Of a stretch of 64,000 nt of DNA, positions 50,228-63,430 are shown piece after piece. Origin of the DNA: Lama glama (Eukaryota). Each line of letters opens with the position of its first letter. The stretch's first letter is position 1. The notes below the pieces were generated by a model. The model worked only from the letters and a program-made list of their open reading frames with translations. It was not told the origin of the DNA and did no database searches. The position numbers were made by a program, and so were the translations under genes. The stretch spans positions 73,100,001 to 73,164,000 of the forward strand of contig CM052816.1 of assembly GCA_028534125.1 (NCBI GenBank), given 5' to 3'.

Positions 50228-51080
50228 TTATTTTTTAAGTAAAATTTTTAAAGCGTGATATACATAAAAGGGGGCATATGTCAGAAATGTAAAACTCAAT
50301 GAATTTTCACATAGTGCACATGTTAGTGTAAAAAGTGTCTAGATAAAGAAACGGATCATTTCTAATAACTTAGGAGTCCCTTTCACACCCGCTTCAGTCA
50401 CCCTTGCCACCTCGTGAAGATATCTCACTAGATTTGAGAAAGAGGGTCAGTGATTCCTCTCCCTTCACTTGGATGGGAGATGTGACTCAAGCACAGATTT
50501 TTTTTTTTTCCAACCAGTTCTCATCAAATCCCACTGAATCTCCAGCAACTTGACCGTTTTAGATCCTTGGTGGAGATGACTCATCCAGCAGGTTCACAGA
50601 CACTTTCTCTGAAACTTCAGCCTGTCTGTCTGACTCATAGTACTTTGTAGCTTGGAGTTCAGTCAAAGCCTCCAACTTAACATCCTGTTATACTGATACA
50701 GTAGAATAAAAGGAAAGCTTTGGATTTTTTTTTTTTTGTAGCCAGTCATCTCAGTAAAATTTTCTTTTTCATTTGAATAGATTATTTGTTGAATTTCTCA
50801 AATTTTCTTAGGTATTCAATCATATCTGAAAATGAATTTTTTTTTTACTACATCTATTCCACAGTGTCTTTTTCCACTACCTAGGACCAAAACAACACTG
50901 AATAATCACAGTGACCATCAGAATTCTTGCTGTGTTCTTAATTTTAATGAAATTGTCTTTAATATTTCACCACATGTATTTGCTTTTACTTCCTGGAACA
51001 TACTCCTAAGGGTATTTAAGACTTTTGCAGGCAGTAATATAATCATGTTTTATCTAATTTTTCCCATGAAATAAATTAAA
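50228..51080 (-). mobile_element. Fragmented L1ME-like 3' region
   Basis: tgtaaaactcaatgaattttcacatagtgcaca...agataaagaaa; a second piece near 50830-51080. Confidence 0.55.
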
Positions 51081-51504
51081 TTTCCAGTGCTGAACCATCT
51101 TTATATAACTGGGTTGTGGAAATTTCCTTTTAAAATAGTCTGCAACCACTTACTCTTTTGCTTAAAACCACTAAGCCATTAAATCTTCTTCTCAACCTAA
51201 CTCAAACTGCTCCTTCAAAAAAACCTCTAAAATTCTCCATATTTTCATGTTGTTTTCTTAGTCCTCTTTCTCTTCCAATAGGTAGAATTTTTTTGTGCGT
51301 CTACACTAGGTAGATTGAGCTCTTTAAAATGGGGGCTGACATATATTTTTGCTATCTTAAGAAATTATCATAGCACCTGGCATATAACAGATGTTCAGTA
51401 AATAGCACAGTGACTTATAGGACACTACTTTCTGAACTTGACAATGTTAAGTAAATATAAAATACAATTACAACTATTTAGATATATTTTATTATCACCC
51501 CACA

Positions 51505-52892
51505 TCTTTTGTATATGGCTGTCCAGTTTTCCTAAAACCATTTATTGAAGAGATTATCCTTTCCCCATTGTCTATTGTTGGCAACTTTGTCCAAGGTTAG
51601 TTACCCATGTGTGTATGGGTTTATCGCTGGGATTTCTACTCTGTTCCATTGATCTATGTGTTGGTTTTTATACTAGTACCATACTATTTTGATTACTGTA
51701 GCTTTGTAATATAATTTGCAATAAGAAAGTGTGATACCTCCAGCTCTGTTCTTCTTGCTCAAAATTAATTTGGCTATTTGAGGTCTTTTGTGGTTCCATA
51801 CAAATTTGGGGATTTTTTTTTTCTATTTCTGTGAAAGTTGCCATTCAAGTTTTCACTGAGATTACATTGAATCTGTAGAAAGCTTTAGGTAGCGTGGAGA
51901 TTTTAACAATACTTCTTCTTCTAATCAATATAAATTGGATATCTTTCCACATACATGTGCCTTATTCAGGTTATTTCAACAATATTGTACAGTTTTCAGT
52001 AACAGATCTTTCATCTCCTTGATTAAATTTATTCCTAAGCATTTTATTCTCTTTGATACTATTATAAAGGAGAATGCTTTTGTATTGTCTTTTTCAGATA
52101 GTTTGTTGTTAGCGTATAGAAACACAACTAATTTTTTATATGTTGATTTTGTATCCTACAACTTTACTAAATTTGTTCATTAGCTCTAAAAGTTGTTTGG
52201 TTTTTTTTGTGGAGTCTTTAGGATTTTCTATATACAAGATCATGTCACCTGCAGACAGAGACAAAGAAAAGCTCAGAATTAAATGGCTTCACTTTGAATT
52301 CTACCAAACATTTAAAGAATTGGTACCAATTATTTTCAAACACTTTCAAAAAATAGAATAGAAGAGAACACTTCCAAACTCATTTTATAAGGCCAGTATG
52401 TAGACAAGGACACTACAAAAAAAGAAAAACAGAGCAGTGTTCTTGATGAACACAGATGCAAAAATTCTCAGCAAAATACTGGCAAACCAAATTCATCAGC
52501 ACATTAAAAGGACTATAAACCATGATCAAGTGGGGCTTGTCCCTGGGATGTAATGATGATTCAACATTTGCAAATCAATAAATGTGATATATCACATTAA
52601 TAGAATAAAGGATAAAAATCATATGGTCATGTCAGTAGATAGAAGAGAAGCAATTAAAAAATTCAATATCCTTTCATTATTAAAAACCTCTCAACAAATT
52701 GGGTATAGAAGATATGTACCTCAGCATAATAAAGGTCATATATGATAAGCCTATAGTTAACACTGTAGGAACAAAACAAGGATCACCACTCTCATCATAT
52801 CTATTCAGCACAATACTAGAAGACCTAGCTAGAGCAAATTAGGCAGAAAAATAAATAAAGATATCCACATTAGAAAAGAAGAGGTAGAATTA
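51505..52892 (-). mobile_element. Older L1 ORF2 fragment with inverted 5' part (- strand 51505-52263, + strand 52264-52892)
   Basis: Minus part starts LSLSAGDMI (=LSLFADDMI) and runs to the LFNKW region; plus part runs from KK..GF..EFYQTFKE to KEEVEL. Confidence 0.9.
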
Positions 52893-52899
52893 ATTCTAT

Positions 52900-54400
52900 A
52901 TATTTCTGATAAAACTATTCCTTGCCTCTTTTGGTTAGAATTTATATAGAATAACAACCTTTTAAAAAAATTTTAAATAAAATCTAACAGTCTTAGTCTT
53001 TTCATAGGATGATTAATTTATTATATTTATTCTGATTACTAATATGTTTGGATTTACTTCTCCATCCTACTCTGAGTTTTTTAATTTATTATCTTTTTCT
53101 TAGCATCTTGTGTTTTTTTTTCTTTTCCTATCTTCTGTTGACTTGATAGAAATTTTCTTCCTTTTTGGCAAATTAAACATTCTATTTCTATTGTTGCAAT
53201 AGAAATTTCAATAGAAATTGTTGTTCCATTTCCTTTAAATTTTTACATACACATTTAACTTTATTTCTTGCTTGTAAAGTCTAAAGTTAATCAGTATCAC
53301 TTTCTTCTTTCAAAATATTCAAATATATGTAACAAATTATATTCCCTTCAGGTACTCCTCTTTAGTCATTTTAATTACTATTTACTATTTAGTTTCCACC
53401 TTGTTTTTAAACCCTCCAAAAGTAGTTATTGATAGTGATTTTAGTAATTTTAGTATTTGTACGATTGTTAGGTCAATTTTTTTGGTCACTATTTTTTCTT
53501 GCTTTTCAAACATTTCTTATTAAATCAATTTTCTTCTTGCTAAAGTATGTCCTTCAGTATGTCTTTCAGTGAGGGTCTATAGGTGCCATTTTATTTTAGC
53601 TTTTATGTTTATTAATGTCTACGTCTCCCTAGCAATTCAAAAATATTCCAGTGAGTATTTATACATCTAATTTTTCGAATGAGAAATACGATATCTAGCC
53701 ATCCAATTGTCTCCTTACAAATAATCTGTCATTTCCCTCTAGGGTCTTTACATCTTTTTGCATCTTTGGTACCTTATAGTTTCAGAACATTGTGTCTCAT
53801 TACAGGGACTTGATATATTTTCCTCTAACCTGAAAATTTATATTTCTCTTCAATCTGAAACATTTTTTTCGTCCATAATTCTTAGACTAGTGTCTATTCT
53901 CAATATTCTCCTGTCTGAGTTTGAATTTGATGAATGATGGATACTACAGTATAATTCCTTTATTCTTTGTGGTTTCATTAAGTCTGTCTTGTACTTTCCT
54001 AATATTTCCTCAGCTGTGTATTATTTAACACACATGATGTTTTCATTTTCTTGTATGTATGTAGGTATATATAGTTTCTAGAATTTTTGTCTTTTCCTTT
54101 TTTGTACACTTCTCTTTTTCAGAATTCAAAGTTGTCAGGCCTGTGGCCCTGACAATGATCAGTGCTCACTGACATTTAAATACCAACCATCTATTAAGAA
54201 TATATGCTTCAAATATCCCTGTGAGCTGGAACAGTTTGTCTACAACTCACTTCTTCAGCTAAGCACCCTCGACATTTCTGCCACTTGGTACCTTGACGTT
54301 TTTAATGCTCTTATATTTTATTCAACTTTTCTATGTGTTTTGTGAGTGGAGGATGGGGGACATATTCTGATGTCTTTGTCAGCTAAATTTAACACAGTTT
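52900..54400 (-). mobile_element. Very old L1ME/HAL1-like sequence
   Basis: Long T-rich degenerate tract with L1 ORF1/inter-ORF-like phrases (tctttcagtgagggtct). Confidence 0.45.
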
Positions 54401-54471
54401 TCTCCACATAGGTTTTAAGATATTTTTCTTTTTCTATGAGTCATCTGTATTTTCTCATAAGAATATATCTT

Positions 54472-54515
<44 letters not shown>
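54472..54515. repeat. (TCTA)n tetranucleotide microsatellite
   Basis: About 11 perfect units. Confidence 0.97.
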
Positions 54516-55884
54516 CTTACACTACCCCTAACCTGAGTATAGGGGTATAATATATGGCCTCTGAACCATCTTTTTCTAAGACAACATAAAGCAGATGAAA
54601 TTTTATATCCTGAGTTCAAAGAATAAATTAACCTAAACAAGTTAGACAAAATTCTTGGGGGGGGGGGCAGTGTCCACTGATAATCAAGACTTTAAGACAA
54701 GTATGATTATTTTGCCTTTTCTCTTTACCCAATGATCTATTTCACTGGGTTTTTTACTACATAAAACTTAACCTTATAGAAGTCTTCATTTTGTTAGGGT
54801 CATCATCTTGATGGACAAAGAAACAATATTATCAGAGACGAAGATCAGATCGATTATTCCATTAAGCAAACCATGAGGATGAGTTAATTATAGAGGTAAA
54901 ACAACACTGGCATTTGAGTGGCTGAATATGCTAACTTATTTAGTGCAGCTTATCTAAAGAATTAACTACAATCACATTTGGTAAACCTTGAAGCTTAGAA
55001 AACAATCCTAAACATTTATTCAAATAATTGCTCAGCACCATGAGTAAATCTGTCAATCACATGTTAACTGACTGAAATAGGACTATATAACTTCATCATC
55101 TGTCACCAACTTTCATTCTAAATACTAGTTGATCCCTTTGTGTTAAATGCAAATTGACCTGTTCATTCAACTAGCAAATTGTATGTGTTTGATTCAATTA
55201 TGCCACTTTGCCGCCATTTGTTACTCACCACACATCTGGATTTATTTTTGCCATGGCAATAATTGTGTCAATAAATATCAAAATTTACATCGTTCAACTA
55301 CTATTGTCCTCTTCACTCCAAGCATAGCTATTTAACCCTTAGAATTTAGCCGTATTCATTCATCTGGTAGTCAGAGTAATTCTTTCTTACTTATAATTTT
55401 TAACCCAGGTTAATAGAAATATTTTAAATACCCATATATGATACTGATATAGTTGAGAATCTATTAGGAATAAAGCAACAAAAATATGAAAAATCTTTAA
55501 TGTCATTTTGATAAAAGCTCTGAAAACAAAACAACTTTCTATTCATTTAAAGGCTGAAATAAACAAAGGCATGTTCAAAGCCTCGCACATGGGGATGTTT
55601 TTATTTTTTGTCAAAGGCATGGGATTCTGTACAAATTATTCTCATTAAAGCTAATGATAATCTTGACTATAACTTCCCTAGGGTCTCAGTGGGAAATTAG
55701 AGGCTCGCATTTCTAAAGTTATTTGGAGATAACCATGCGATAAAATAATTTGAATATTATCCACTGCTTACAACCCACAGTTTACTTCAACGGTTTTAAT
55801 GTTCCATATAACACACAACTTAATTATCACTCACACTGGCCTTACAAATATACCAAAAGTGAGGCATCTCATTATAGTGGATAC

Positions 55885-56311
55885 TGTGGTGTGCTGTCCA
55901 GAACCGCTCCTCAGGACTGAAACACTCATTTCTTCCATTTCTGGGAGTACTGGTGGTCAACAGCTCTCTGATTAGTCTCTCTCCAACAATTAGCCTTAGT
56001 CAAAGAGAGCAGATCGACCCAAGGTCAGTCCCCTCCCCAGCCCAGTGGCCTGCATTCAGTGACTGATGGATACAGGAGCATGAAAGCCTGGCTTCTTGCC
56101 TCAAAACACAAAACTCAAGAGCCATCCCGGACGCAGAACTTTCTGTAGGTTGAGGCCACTGCTGAGACTGTATCATAGTTCACCTGCTTATCCTCCTCAA
56201 CATTGCTTCCACTGTTTTTCCTACTTATTCCCAAGAACAATCCCCAATAAATCCCCTGAATATAAAGCTCAGAGGCTCCAGGTCTGTTCTTTGGGAAATG
56301 TATCCTATGAT
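55885..56311 (+). mobile_element. ERVL solo LTR (LTR16-like)
   Basis: ctcaggactgaaacactcatt; cccaaggtca; cagtgactgat; ccccaataaatcccctg near the 3' end. Confidence 0.82.
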
Positions 56312-57959
56312 CCTATGGCACTAGTTTCCCTTGACCTAATGTAACGTCTCAGTGAAAGCAATGTAACATGCTCTACATGACAAAATTTCACAGTGAGTAG
56401 AAGTATCTAGAAGGAAAGAAATGAATGCCCTAATACCATAATCCAGTAAGCTGGGGACATTTGGAAACACACTTTCAGTTATCAGCCGGAATCTGTTTCA
56501 GAAGCACTCACAGAAACTTTTCTCAAAACAGAAGGTGAAATTTGTACTAAAGGAATTGTAACAATACCTCGGATTAACTGGAAATGAAGATGGTGCATTT
56601 TGTAGTAGCATTTAATTATATATAGTGTATGCATTTCCCCTGAATAAAAGCAATGATTTGTCAGAGAAATACTTCATCATTAAAAAAGAGGAAATAAATA
56701 CCATATGTAGTATATTAATCAAAATATTCGGGTAGAATACCTCTAAACTTAGCTACATGTGATGTACAGATAAATAGCAACTTGGGCTCTGGCAGTGAAG
56801 CAGGGTGAAGACAGAGTCAAATTAAATCTATTCCACGACAATCTGGTTTCCACTACGGCCATTGAAATGGTGGGTCATTTTTTCTATTTGCTGATACGGC
56901 AAAGAAAAATAGCAAGTCTATTAGAAACTTCGTTTAAAGAATCCTGGATTCTGGGACACTTGAGCAGCTGCCTCCTGCACAATTTGAGACTCTCTGAGCG
57001 AGTAGCTCATTTATACCACCTAAGCATTGTTTCAGTCGTAGATTATGCAACTGTAATTTGTTATATAACCAAGGTCCATCAAGCCCAGTAGAAGCACACA
57101 TACAGACGTTTCACTGGTTTCAATTGTTGAGAAAGCAAACGCTCCCCATTAATGAATAGGAAACTGATAAAATCAGCATTACGTTTGTTCAGAATTTGTT
57201 TACTCAGATTACACACTAAAAAAAAATTGTGCTTTTTCTCTTCTGAGAAGTACAGAACTCACTAGCCATTACAAACTCTGATTAATCACCAACAGCTGTG
57301 CATTATGTAACTCTATATATGGACCAGAAGATACCATCCTTAGCAGCCCAGTGTCTTATTAATCATGCTTAAGATTGGGGAGGGGGTATATTGATAAATG
57401 CATTTGTGCTGATAAACTATTTATTGAATTAATATCTTATAGCTGAAGTTTAGTTTTCTTTCATTCTTACTGGTAATGAAGAGACGAATAGCTTTATGAA
57501 AATTATTTGTATGTGAATTTATTCTATAAATGAGCAGTTACATTTTATTTGTAATAGAGCTGTTCTGTGTGTGTAGCACTATATTAAACCTTAGATCTCC
57601 CAAAATTGAAGTGATGTAAAGATTTTACTTGTCATTTATTTGATTTCTTATTTCAAAATAGAAGGAGCAGACTCAGGCTATTCTTGAGGCAACAGATTAA
57701 TTAAATCAATGCTGTTAGGAATGACAAGCAGGTAAGAAATTATGATTGGGGACATATAAATCTCTATTACTAAAAGAGGAACCTAAAACACAGACCACTG
57801 AAAATAAGGCATTTGCTTCAAACCTTGTGACTAGTCAAAATTCAACTTGTAAGAACCACAGCAAATTTTGTGATAATTACCAGATCATGTGATCTCACTT
57901 AATTATCAGACTTCAGTTTTTCTTGTAGGGCATTGTCTTTGAAAGACCATCATTTGCAA

Positions 57960-58400
57960 GTAATTCATTCAAGAAGAATGTATTCGCAGCTCCCACTATG
58001 TGTCTAGCATGATGTTGTCATGGGGGATACTAAGATGATTAGAACAAAGTCTTGCCCTCAAGGAGCTTCCAGTCTGGAAGAGGAAAGATAAGTGAAGAAA
58101 TAATGGCAATAAGGTAAGGATAAATACTACAATATAGGTTGATATAAAGCACAGACAAGTGGAAAATTAATTCTTCCAAGGTCATGGGAAGGTGTGGCTA
58201 AGAATAAGACATGAGAAAGGGAGAAAAAGTAGAATTTTTCCAGACAGTCAAGATGTGGAAGGAAATCCCAGATAAAGGAGCATAAGCGGCTAAATCATGG
58301 AGGCATGAAATGTATGACAAACTCTAGAACAAACCAGGGGAGAGTGGGTAAAAAGTGAAGCTGGAAAGACAGCCTGAAGCCTACACTGAAGTTTAATAAT
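57960..58400 (-). mobile_element. L2 fragment
   Basis: cactatgtgtctagca; cttgccctcaaggagcttccagtct. Confidence 0.8.
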
Positions 58401-58589
58401 ATCTACTTTCCTACATTATATGTCATCTTTTAATTTTTTATAGCCTTTATATTAAAAATAGCATTTCAAACACTGAATTAATAATGACAGCTCTAGATCA
58501 AATTGGTCAATAAATACCAAAACAAAAAAAAAAGTGTGGATCGACTTCATAATTGCTTGATCTCTGAGCATCTCATTAAGATGCAGTGG

Positions 58590-58710
58590 GTCACAGAGTT
58601 CCACTGAGTTGAGACTCAGGAGACCTAGATCCCTCCTGCAGACTAGATAAATCATTTCACTTCACTGAATGTCAGCTTTTTATTCATCAGTAAAATGATG
58701 GTTTAGGTTC
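58590..58710 (+). mobile_element. MIR3-like fragment
   Basis: caggagacctagat...aaatcatttcacttcactgaatgtcagc. Confidence 0.55.
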
Positions 58711-59149
58711 AATTTTGCCTTCAGGTCTCTTGCAGCTCCGAGTGTCTGATTCCTATTGAACTGAGTTTCAACCCTAAAAGAAAATCCATTAGAGGGAAAT
58801 TGTTTTTTTCTAAAAAGGAGAAAGGCAAGTTAAGCGAAAATACAACAGGCAAGGATACAGAGGTCGAACGGAGAACACACTGGATTTGAGTTGGAAATGC
58901 CACACTTTTTTAAAAGCTAACGATTTCTGTTACATGGTAAATCCTGCTTTTTCCAAAGGCTGCATGTAGAAAGTTTATTGAAGGTAATTTGAAATTTATT
59001 TGCAAATTGCCCTTTCATCTACTCATGAACATATACAATATACATTCTAGTTATGAATTTATATGTATATCCTCTAAAAACTCTGTTTTGGGGGAATTTT
59101 TATAAGCAAGGTTTCTAAATGTTGATAATTCATTCTTGGAAAAAGGCAA

Positions 59150-59365
59150 CACAGGGCAGGAAAGGCATTGGCTTTGAAATTAGATGAACTGGCTTTCCAT
59201 CCTGGCTTCTCAGTCGCCTGGCCTTGGGCAAACACGTGACCCTCTTCTCAAGCCTCAGGTCCTTGAAATGCAGCCCTGGGACAAAAATGTTGACATCATC
59301 TCATGGAGTAAATTACCTGAACACCTGGAAGAGGGGTGGGTGGATGCTCAACACATGCTAATTGC
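59150..59365 (+). mobile_element. MIR SINE
   Basis: ggaaaggcattggctttgaaattaga; ggccttgggcaa...ctcaagcctcag. Confidence 0.7.
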
Positions 59366-60039
59366 TTTTTACTTCATAACAATGTCTGCATAATGTGCTT
59401 TCCATCATGCTGTAATAGGCTCAACTCTAAAGTAATGATAACCCTTTAGATGAGGCCTAAGTTGAGTTCTTCAAAAATAATTTAAGAAGTTGAAATTTCA
59501 AAACACAGGAAAGTTTAGAGCTAAGCCAAGAAGACTTTTCTACTGCCCTCTCTTATTTTACCAAAAACAGTATCGTACAACATCCAGGTATTTATTACTC
59601 CACTGACTTCAGTCCTCTGATTGTGAAACATACGGACATCAAGCTGGGTATTTCCATATCTTTTCTAGATGCAAACAGGATTTTCCTCACAACAGGGTGT
59701 TTGTTTCAAAAGAGGAATACATTCCAACACTTCTCTCTTTTTAAAAATTAAGTACCAGGGCTTCAGGCTACTAAGGCCCTAGCATGGGTCCATAAAAATC
59801 ACAAAGACAGAATTGCTTTTAGATTTGATATTGCATAAAACTGTCTTCTGTTGAGTATTTTATTCATGGGCAATCTGTCATGATTTGGAAGAGATTATTC
59901 TTCTAGTTCCATATGTGGGAATGATTTCGTGAACCCTCCTGTATTAAAATTACTGCTAAAGGGCAACTGGTATGTGTAACCTTTAGACTATCGAAAATGT
60001 CATATCCTGTATGAGATGACTTTTCAGTCATTTTGAGTA

Positions 60040-60330
60040 ACCAATCTATTCAAGGTACCATGAGGAGAGACACAAAAACATAAGACCCAGGTACTGACCA
60101 ATAGGACAAATAAGATGTTTGCTAAAGGTCAGGGCAATACAAAACAGTAGGAAAGAAAATCTCTGAGTGGAATTGGTAATAAACGCCATGACCAACCAGA
60201 GGAAGGAGAGACCCTGTCAGGCTGTGTGATCAAAACAGTCTTCACGAATGTGATGGGGCTTGAACTTAGTCTGAAATGATGGGTAGGATTTTGGCAGATG
60301 GTGAGGAGGGGAAGTGGCAAGCAATACAGG
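60040..60330 (-). mobile_element. L2 fragment
   Basis: cttgaacttagtctgaaatgatgggtaggattttggcagatgg. Confidence 0.65.
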
Positions 60331-61799
60331 TAGACAGGATAGCAGAAGCTATGTGAAGGACCAGAAATTGTGAAAGAAATTTGTATCTAAAACCAAGGCA
60401 GCTGATTGATTAAAACTTCAAGAATTCTCAACAAAGAAACCTGTCTAAAGGAACCTGGGACAGTGCCAAGCACTTGTGAGGATTCAAGCATACTGATTAA
60501 ATTATATAATTTAAACTGCACATTTAACACATAGAAATCTTAAGACTTAAAATATGATTTTCCATCATGCATTGGAAAATCCTATTTGAGTTTCTACTCA
60601 CTGGTTTAGGGGGAAGAAAAGAAATGGTTTTCTGGTTATGGAAAGGAGTAGAAACTTTGGACCATCTAAGGGACATATGCAGTATGTATTAAGGTCTTTC
60701 CACAAATTTTGCATAACCTTAAGTAGGTGGATAAACATACATTTGATACTCTCCCAAAAACATACTTTCTCATTCCAAAAACAAATGAGTATATTGTTTT
60801 GAAACTTTCTCATCTTTCCTCTTTCTTCCCTAAATTTTTCCTAACTGCCACTTTGTGGGCAGGTATTTCAATGGCATATGTTAACTGGAAAATTTTCAGA
60901 GGAATGTGATTTCTTTGTCAACCTAAAAAAAAAAAATGTTTACAGATAAATATGCACTTCAAAGAAGCTCATTTAAAGTCTTCTCTTAAATAACAGAATC
61001 TCTTTCTTTTTAACTTTATGTCAGGTTGACATCAAAAGTATAAGATTATTGATTTTTTTTTCCTGTTTGGAGCAACTTAGCTGGCAGTCACTAACACAGT
61101 TTGTTTGAAAGACTTATGAGACAAATAAAAGAGATCTATTTAGGCTAATTTTCTTGTCCAAGGACAATCTAAGGGAGTCTTGCCCAGGGACAGTGGGCAG
61201 TGCCTACAAAAGACAATGTCCATCTAACCGGAGGGCAAGAAAACAAGTGTGGCCATGCTGAAATAATCCATCTGTAACCCGCTGTTTTAATTACTGGGAA
61301 CTGCAGTACAAATGACACAAATAACAATGTTATAGCTTAAGAATGGGAAAATTATCTTAATTGACCTTGGTAGAACTTCTCTGTCCTAAAATAGATGAAG
61401 TTTTTTCATTTTCACAGGTAGTATTAACTCTGCTCTAACTAGAGTCTTTTTTTCCTGAGAAATTTATAATAAACAATGTCGTAATAAAAAAAAAACAACC
61501 TTTCAAAACAGGCTTTTTTTTGACAGATTGTTATTTATAATGATATTTTTCTTCATTCTGCTCATTGTTGTCTTTATTTCATCTGCCTTTTATCAATTTG
61601 CCTTTATCTCATAAAGAATTACTATACATATTTTAACCTATACTTTATTCAATGCACACAAAATCTCTATCTCCATTTTTAATGTATGCTGTAAAGGTTT
61701 AATGTAGAACATAAATCTCGTTACAGCATTAGCCAAAGAAGAACAACTGATAAATAATAATATTATATAGGCCAATAAAATTGTTGCATCAACTACAAT

Positions 61800-62018
61800 C
61801 AGGCATCAGTGAAATTTTTCTGGACAAAGCAAGACAATAAATAGCTTAGACTTTGTGGCCCATAGAGTTGCTTCCACCCAATTCTGTTGTAGAGCAAAGG
61901 CAGCTGTAGACAATAAATGAGAGGGACTTTTTGATTTTATTGACAAAAAAAAAGAAAAGAAAAGAAAACAAGGGCTAGGATGGATTTGGTGGTGCTAATA
62001 GTAGTTTGCCAACTTCAG
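61800..62018. mobile_element. hAT-Charlie MITE (MER58A-like)
   Basis: tagactttgtggcccata; aaaggcagctgtagacaata; gtagtttgccaac terminus. Confidence 0.78.
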
Positions 62019-63057
62019 ACAGAGATAACCAAAAATCCACTTGTAGATGAATTTTTTAGAAATTAAATCATAGTATAAATAGTAGGAAAGAAATTCAAAT
62101 TTTAAGATTCGTTTCAGTAACAATGAAGCTCAACGTGGCGCTGGTTCATCTGCTCATGGCACTTTCTGTTATATTTTTCCTGTGAATAGAAAAACCTTAT
62201 CAAGCTTAAATGTTTCTTCAACATGTTTAAATGTGTTCTTGCCAAATGCCTGGTTAGGTGTAAAGGAAAAACTAGACGAGGCTGACACCACATCAACTTC
62301 CTGTTTGGCAGATATAAAGGTCTCAGTCTCCTTATGCAACAGCAACGTGCCAAATGCACAAAGTCTACAAGTGAGATTCTTCCCAAATACTGGTTAACAA
62401 GTAAAGTGATACTGAAACGAAAGCAAGTCTCTTTATTGAAGTCCAGAGGTGAAAGCAAACGCCACAGAGGTCTTTAACGTCTCCATGGACTCTTTCATTC
62501 ACACAGTCACCCACTGCTGTACCCCAAGGAACAATATGAGTCATGTTGCCTTCCTCGGAAAGAGGCCCTGATAGATGAGATCAAATGCGTTAAGTCTGTA
62601 TTTATGCTTTTTCATCACTTGAAACATATCAGAAAAAAAAGAGGATATTTTCCTCTGTTTCTTGTCTCAAGGATTATTAACAAGACTCAAGAACCTGTCA
62701 GATATCTATGACTCTCCTTTCAGTGGGTGCTTAATCTAGTTATAAATAAGAAAACATATTTCCCTTTGAAAAAATGAGAGCCTGAAGATGACACCAACTG
62801 ACTTAAATAAATCCTAGTGAAGATCTGTAGTCAAATGCTATTCTAGACTACCTTGAGAAAAAATGAGAACTCTATGTCTTTGGTAGCATAAAATTTAAAA
62901 CTTAAGATAGTTAAGTTAATGATACTTAGATTATTTATATTAAAACATCTAGATTTGAAAATTAATCTGGCCTCAAGTTTTTAAAAATTGAGCCAAACAG
63001 TTCCATCATTTATATGATTATTTCAATATCCATATATTTCCCTTCAGCTCTTCCTTT

Positions 63058-63430
63058 GTTCATTCAACACAAATATATTCACCAAGCAAGGTGCTGAGGC
63101 TATCATGGTGAAAATACAAGAGCCTTGCCCTTCACAGTTTAGTAAGAATTAGATGTGCAAAGAGATAATTACTGTAAAGTTATTACACTATAGTTTCTTC
63201 AGTATGATAATTGTCTTATCAAACAGGGGTGTGATGGGAGAAAAGGAAGATGATGTCCCGGCTGATGGAACAACTTGTGCAAAGGCCCAGAAGTTTCCCT
63301 AAAATGCCAAGATATGAAAATGACAGAAGTTTGGTATGACTAGAGAGTAGAACAAGGAAAGAAAAGGGCCTGGGGAGAGAGATGGCAAAACAGCACGAGC
63401 GGTCTCGTGGAGATCCTGCCCAGGGGTTAG
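63058..63430 (-). mobile_element. L2 fragment
   Basis: ttcattcaac start; ttgtgcaaaggcccaga; gtatgactagagagtag. Confidence 0.7.
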
